Notes under the pieces: model-generated
What the model was told of the DNA's origin: nothing
The model's database searches: none
Seen by the model: only the letters and a program-made list of their open reading frames with translations
From: Lama guanicoe
Taxonomy: Eukaryota
Length of the DNA stretch: 64,000 bases
Assembly (NCBI GenBank): GCA_013239625.1
Contig: MU055263.1
Location: 5,489,886-5,553,885, forward strand
Direction of reading: 5' to 3'
Translations under genes and position numbers: made by a program
Shown here: piece by piece, positions 63,094 through 64,000 of the stretch
Layout: every line of letters begins with the position of its first letter
Position numbering within the stretch: the stretch's first letter is position 1

Positions 63094-64000
63094 GCTCCCA
63101 GCCCCCGCCCGGGCCCTCCCCGCCCCGCGCCTACCTAGTCAGCCACACGCCGTCCGCCTGCCGCGGTTTTCCTCCTTTCGTCTTCTTCCTGCCCTCGGGG
63201 GAAGCAAAAAAAGGCTGAGGGAGGGTATAAAGACAAGACCGCGCCTTTCCAGGGGAGAGGAAGCTGGATTTGTGCAAAAATTTAAAGTTAAGAGCCACAT
63301 CCCAGTTACCCACTACCGCTCAGCAGCCGAGAGCTTCGGGATGAGAAATGACTTGTCTCTCTCCTGGGTGACTCAAAGGGAGAGCGTGCACACAGTGGCC
63401 GCGAACTGCCAAAAAAAAAAAAAGAAAAAAAAAAGAAAAAGAAAAACGAAAGAACTGTTCTGGGCTCCTAGGATGTCTCTGCTGGGATGCTTGCCCACAC
63501 AGAGCCCTAAGATTTCTACATACCAACTCCACCCCAAAGACGACGGCATACTGCCTTCTTCCAGAAAGCAGTTACTCCTCTGTGCCTCTAAGAATCACAC
63601 AGCAGTTCCAAAGTTCTGGGTTTATGCAGAACTTAGGTGAACCTTAGGGCAGCGTTTAAAAGGCAGTGACAGATGGTTTCAGAATCTGCCACGTGCAGAG
63701 CATGCCTGCTCTAGGAGTTTGCTCACGCTGCCTTTGCAGCGAGTTTCTGGGCTTCCAGGTGTGGACAGCTTCATCTGTACCCTGCCGGCCCCTGCCCACG
63801 AGTCTGTCGGGTTACGACACTCACACAGGACTGCCTCTGGTAAGTGGCTCCTTTTATCATCAAGGTGATGCCTGAAAGAGTTATTCCTGTTTCAAAACTC
63901 AACATGGAGACTAGACCATAAAGCAAGCTTCTTCTACATAGAAAGATAAATTTGACTGAAGTAGAAAAAAACTGATGGACATTAAGCTCTGGCTCAGCGT

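Larger units (their letters stand above)
62550..63200. promoter_or_regulatory. CpG island / promoter of a minus-strand gene
   Basis: Very GC-rich and CpG-dense (GCGCG, CGCG runs). GC boxes (CCGCCC/GGGCGG) at ~63030-63130. ETS motif ACAGGAAGTG on the minus strand at ~62970-62979. Sharp contrast with the CpG-poor flank at ~60.9-62.2 kb. Confidence 0.85.

Noticed and set aside
112-63875. The many 60-227 aa ORFs in the supplied track
   Set aside because: They overlap on both strands, are low-complexity Pro/Arg/Ser/Gly/Ala-rich, often start at non-ATG codons, lie in repeats and show no recognisable domains. This is expected by chance in GC-rich intronic DNA.
1-64000. CRISPR arrays, operons, rRNA, snoRNA or miRNA genes, and a gene symbol for the host gene
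   Set aside because: The sequence is eukaryotic and intronic with no regularly spaced repeats. I recognised no RNA gene by eye (an Rfam/Infernal scan would be decisive), and no recognisable coding exon is present to name the gene.

Overview
Mammalian genomic DNA, probably a camelid (camel, alpaca or llama), inferred from one tRNA-Ala-derived vic-1-like SINE and no recognisable Alu, Bov-A/tA, PRE-1, CAN or ERE SINEs. The window reads as the 5' end and long first intron(s) of a minus-strand gene I cannot name. It has a CpG-island promoter at ~62.55-63.2 kb with a non-coding exon (62975-62829) carrying a minimal uORF, a candidate 75-nt non-coding exon (27498-27424), and an exon ending exactly in ATG|GTGAGT (15147-15016). 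The coding body would lie left of position 1. The rest is intronic: many ancient MIR, L2, CR1, L1M, MaLR and hAT relics, microsatellites and a 26-N gap. No listed ORF is a credible protein gene; one overlaps a dead L1 ORF2 fragment. I found no convincing novel biological system. The best leads are a 37-bp retro-insertion with a perfect 16-bp TSD, a non-classical L1 endonuclease fragment nested in an older L1, a dispersed ~115-bp duplication, three NRF2/MARE-type sites, and GC/CpG enrichment inside old repeats. Repeat boundaries and subfamilies are by eye from recalled consensus sequences and are approximate.
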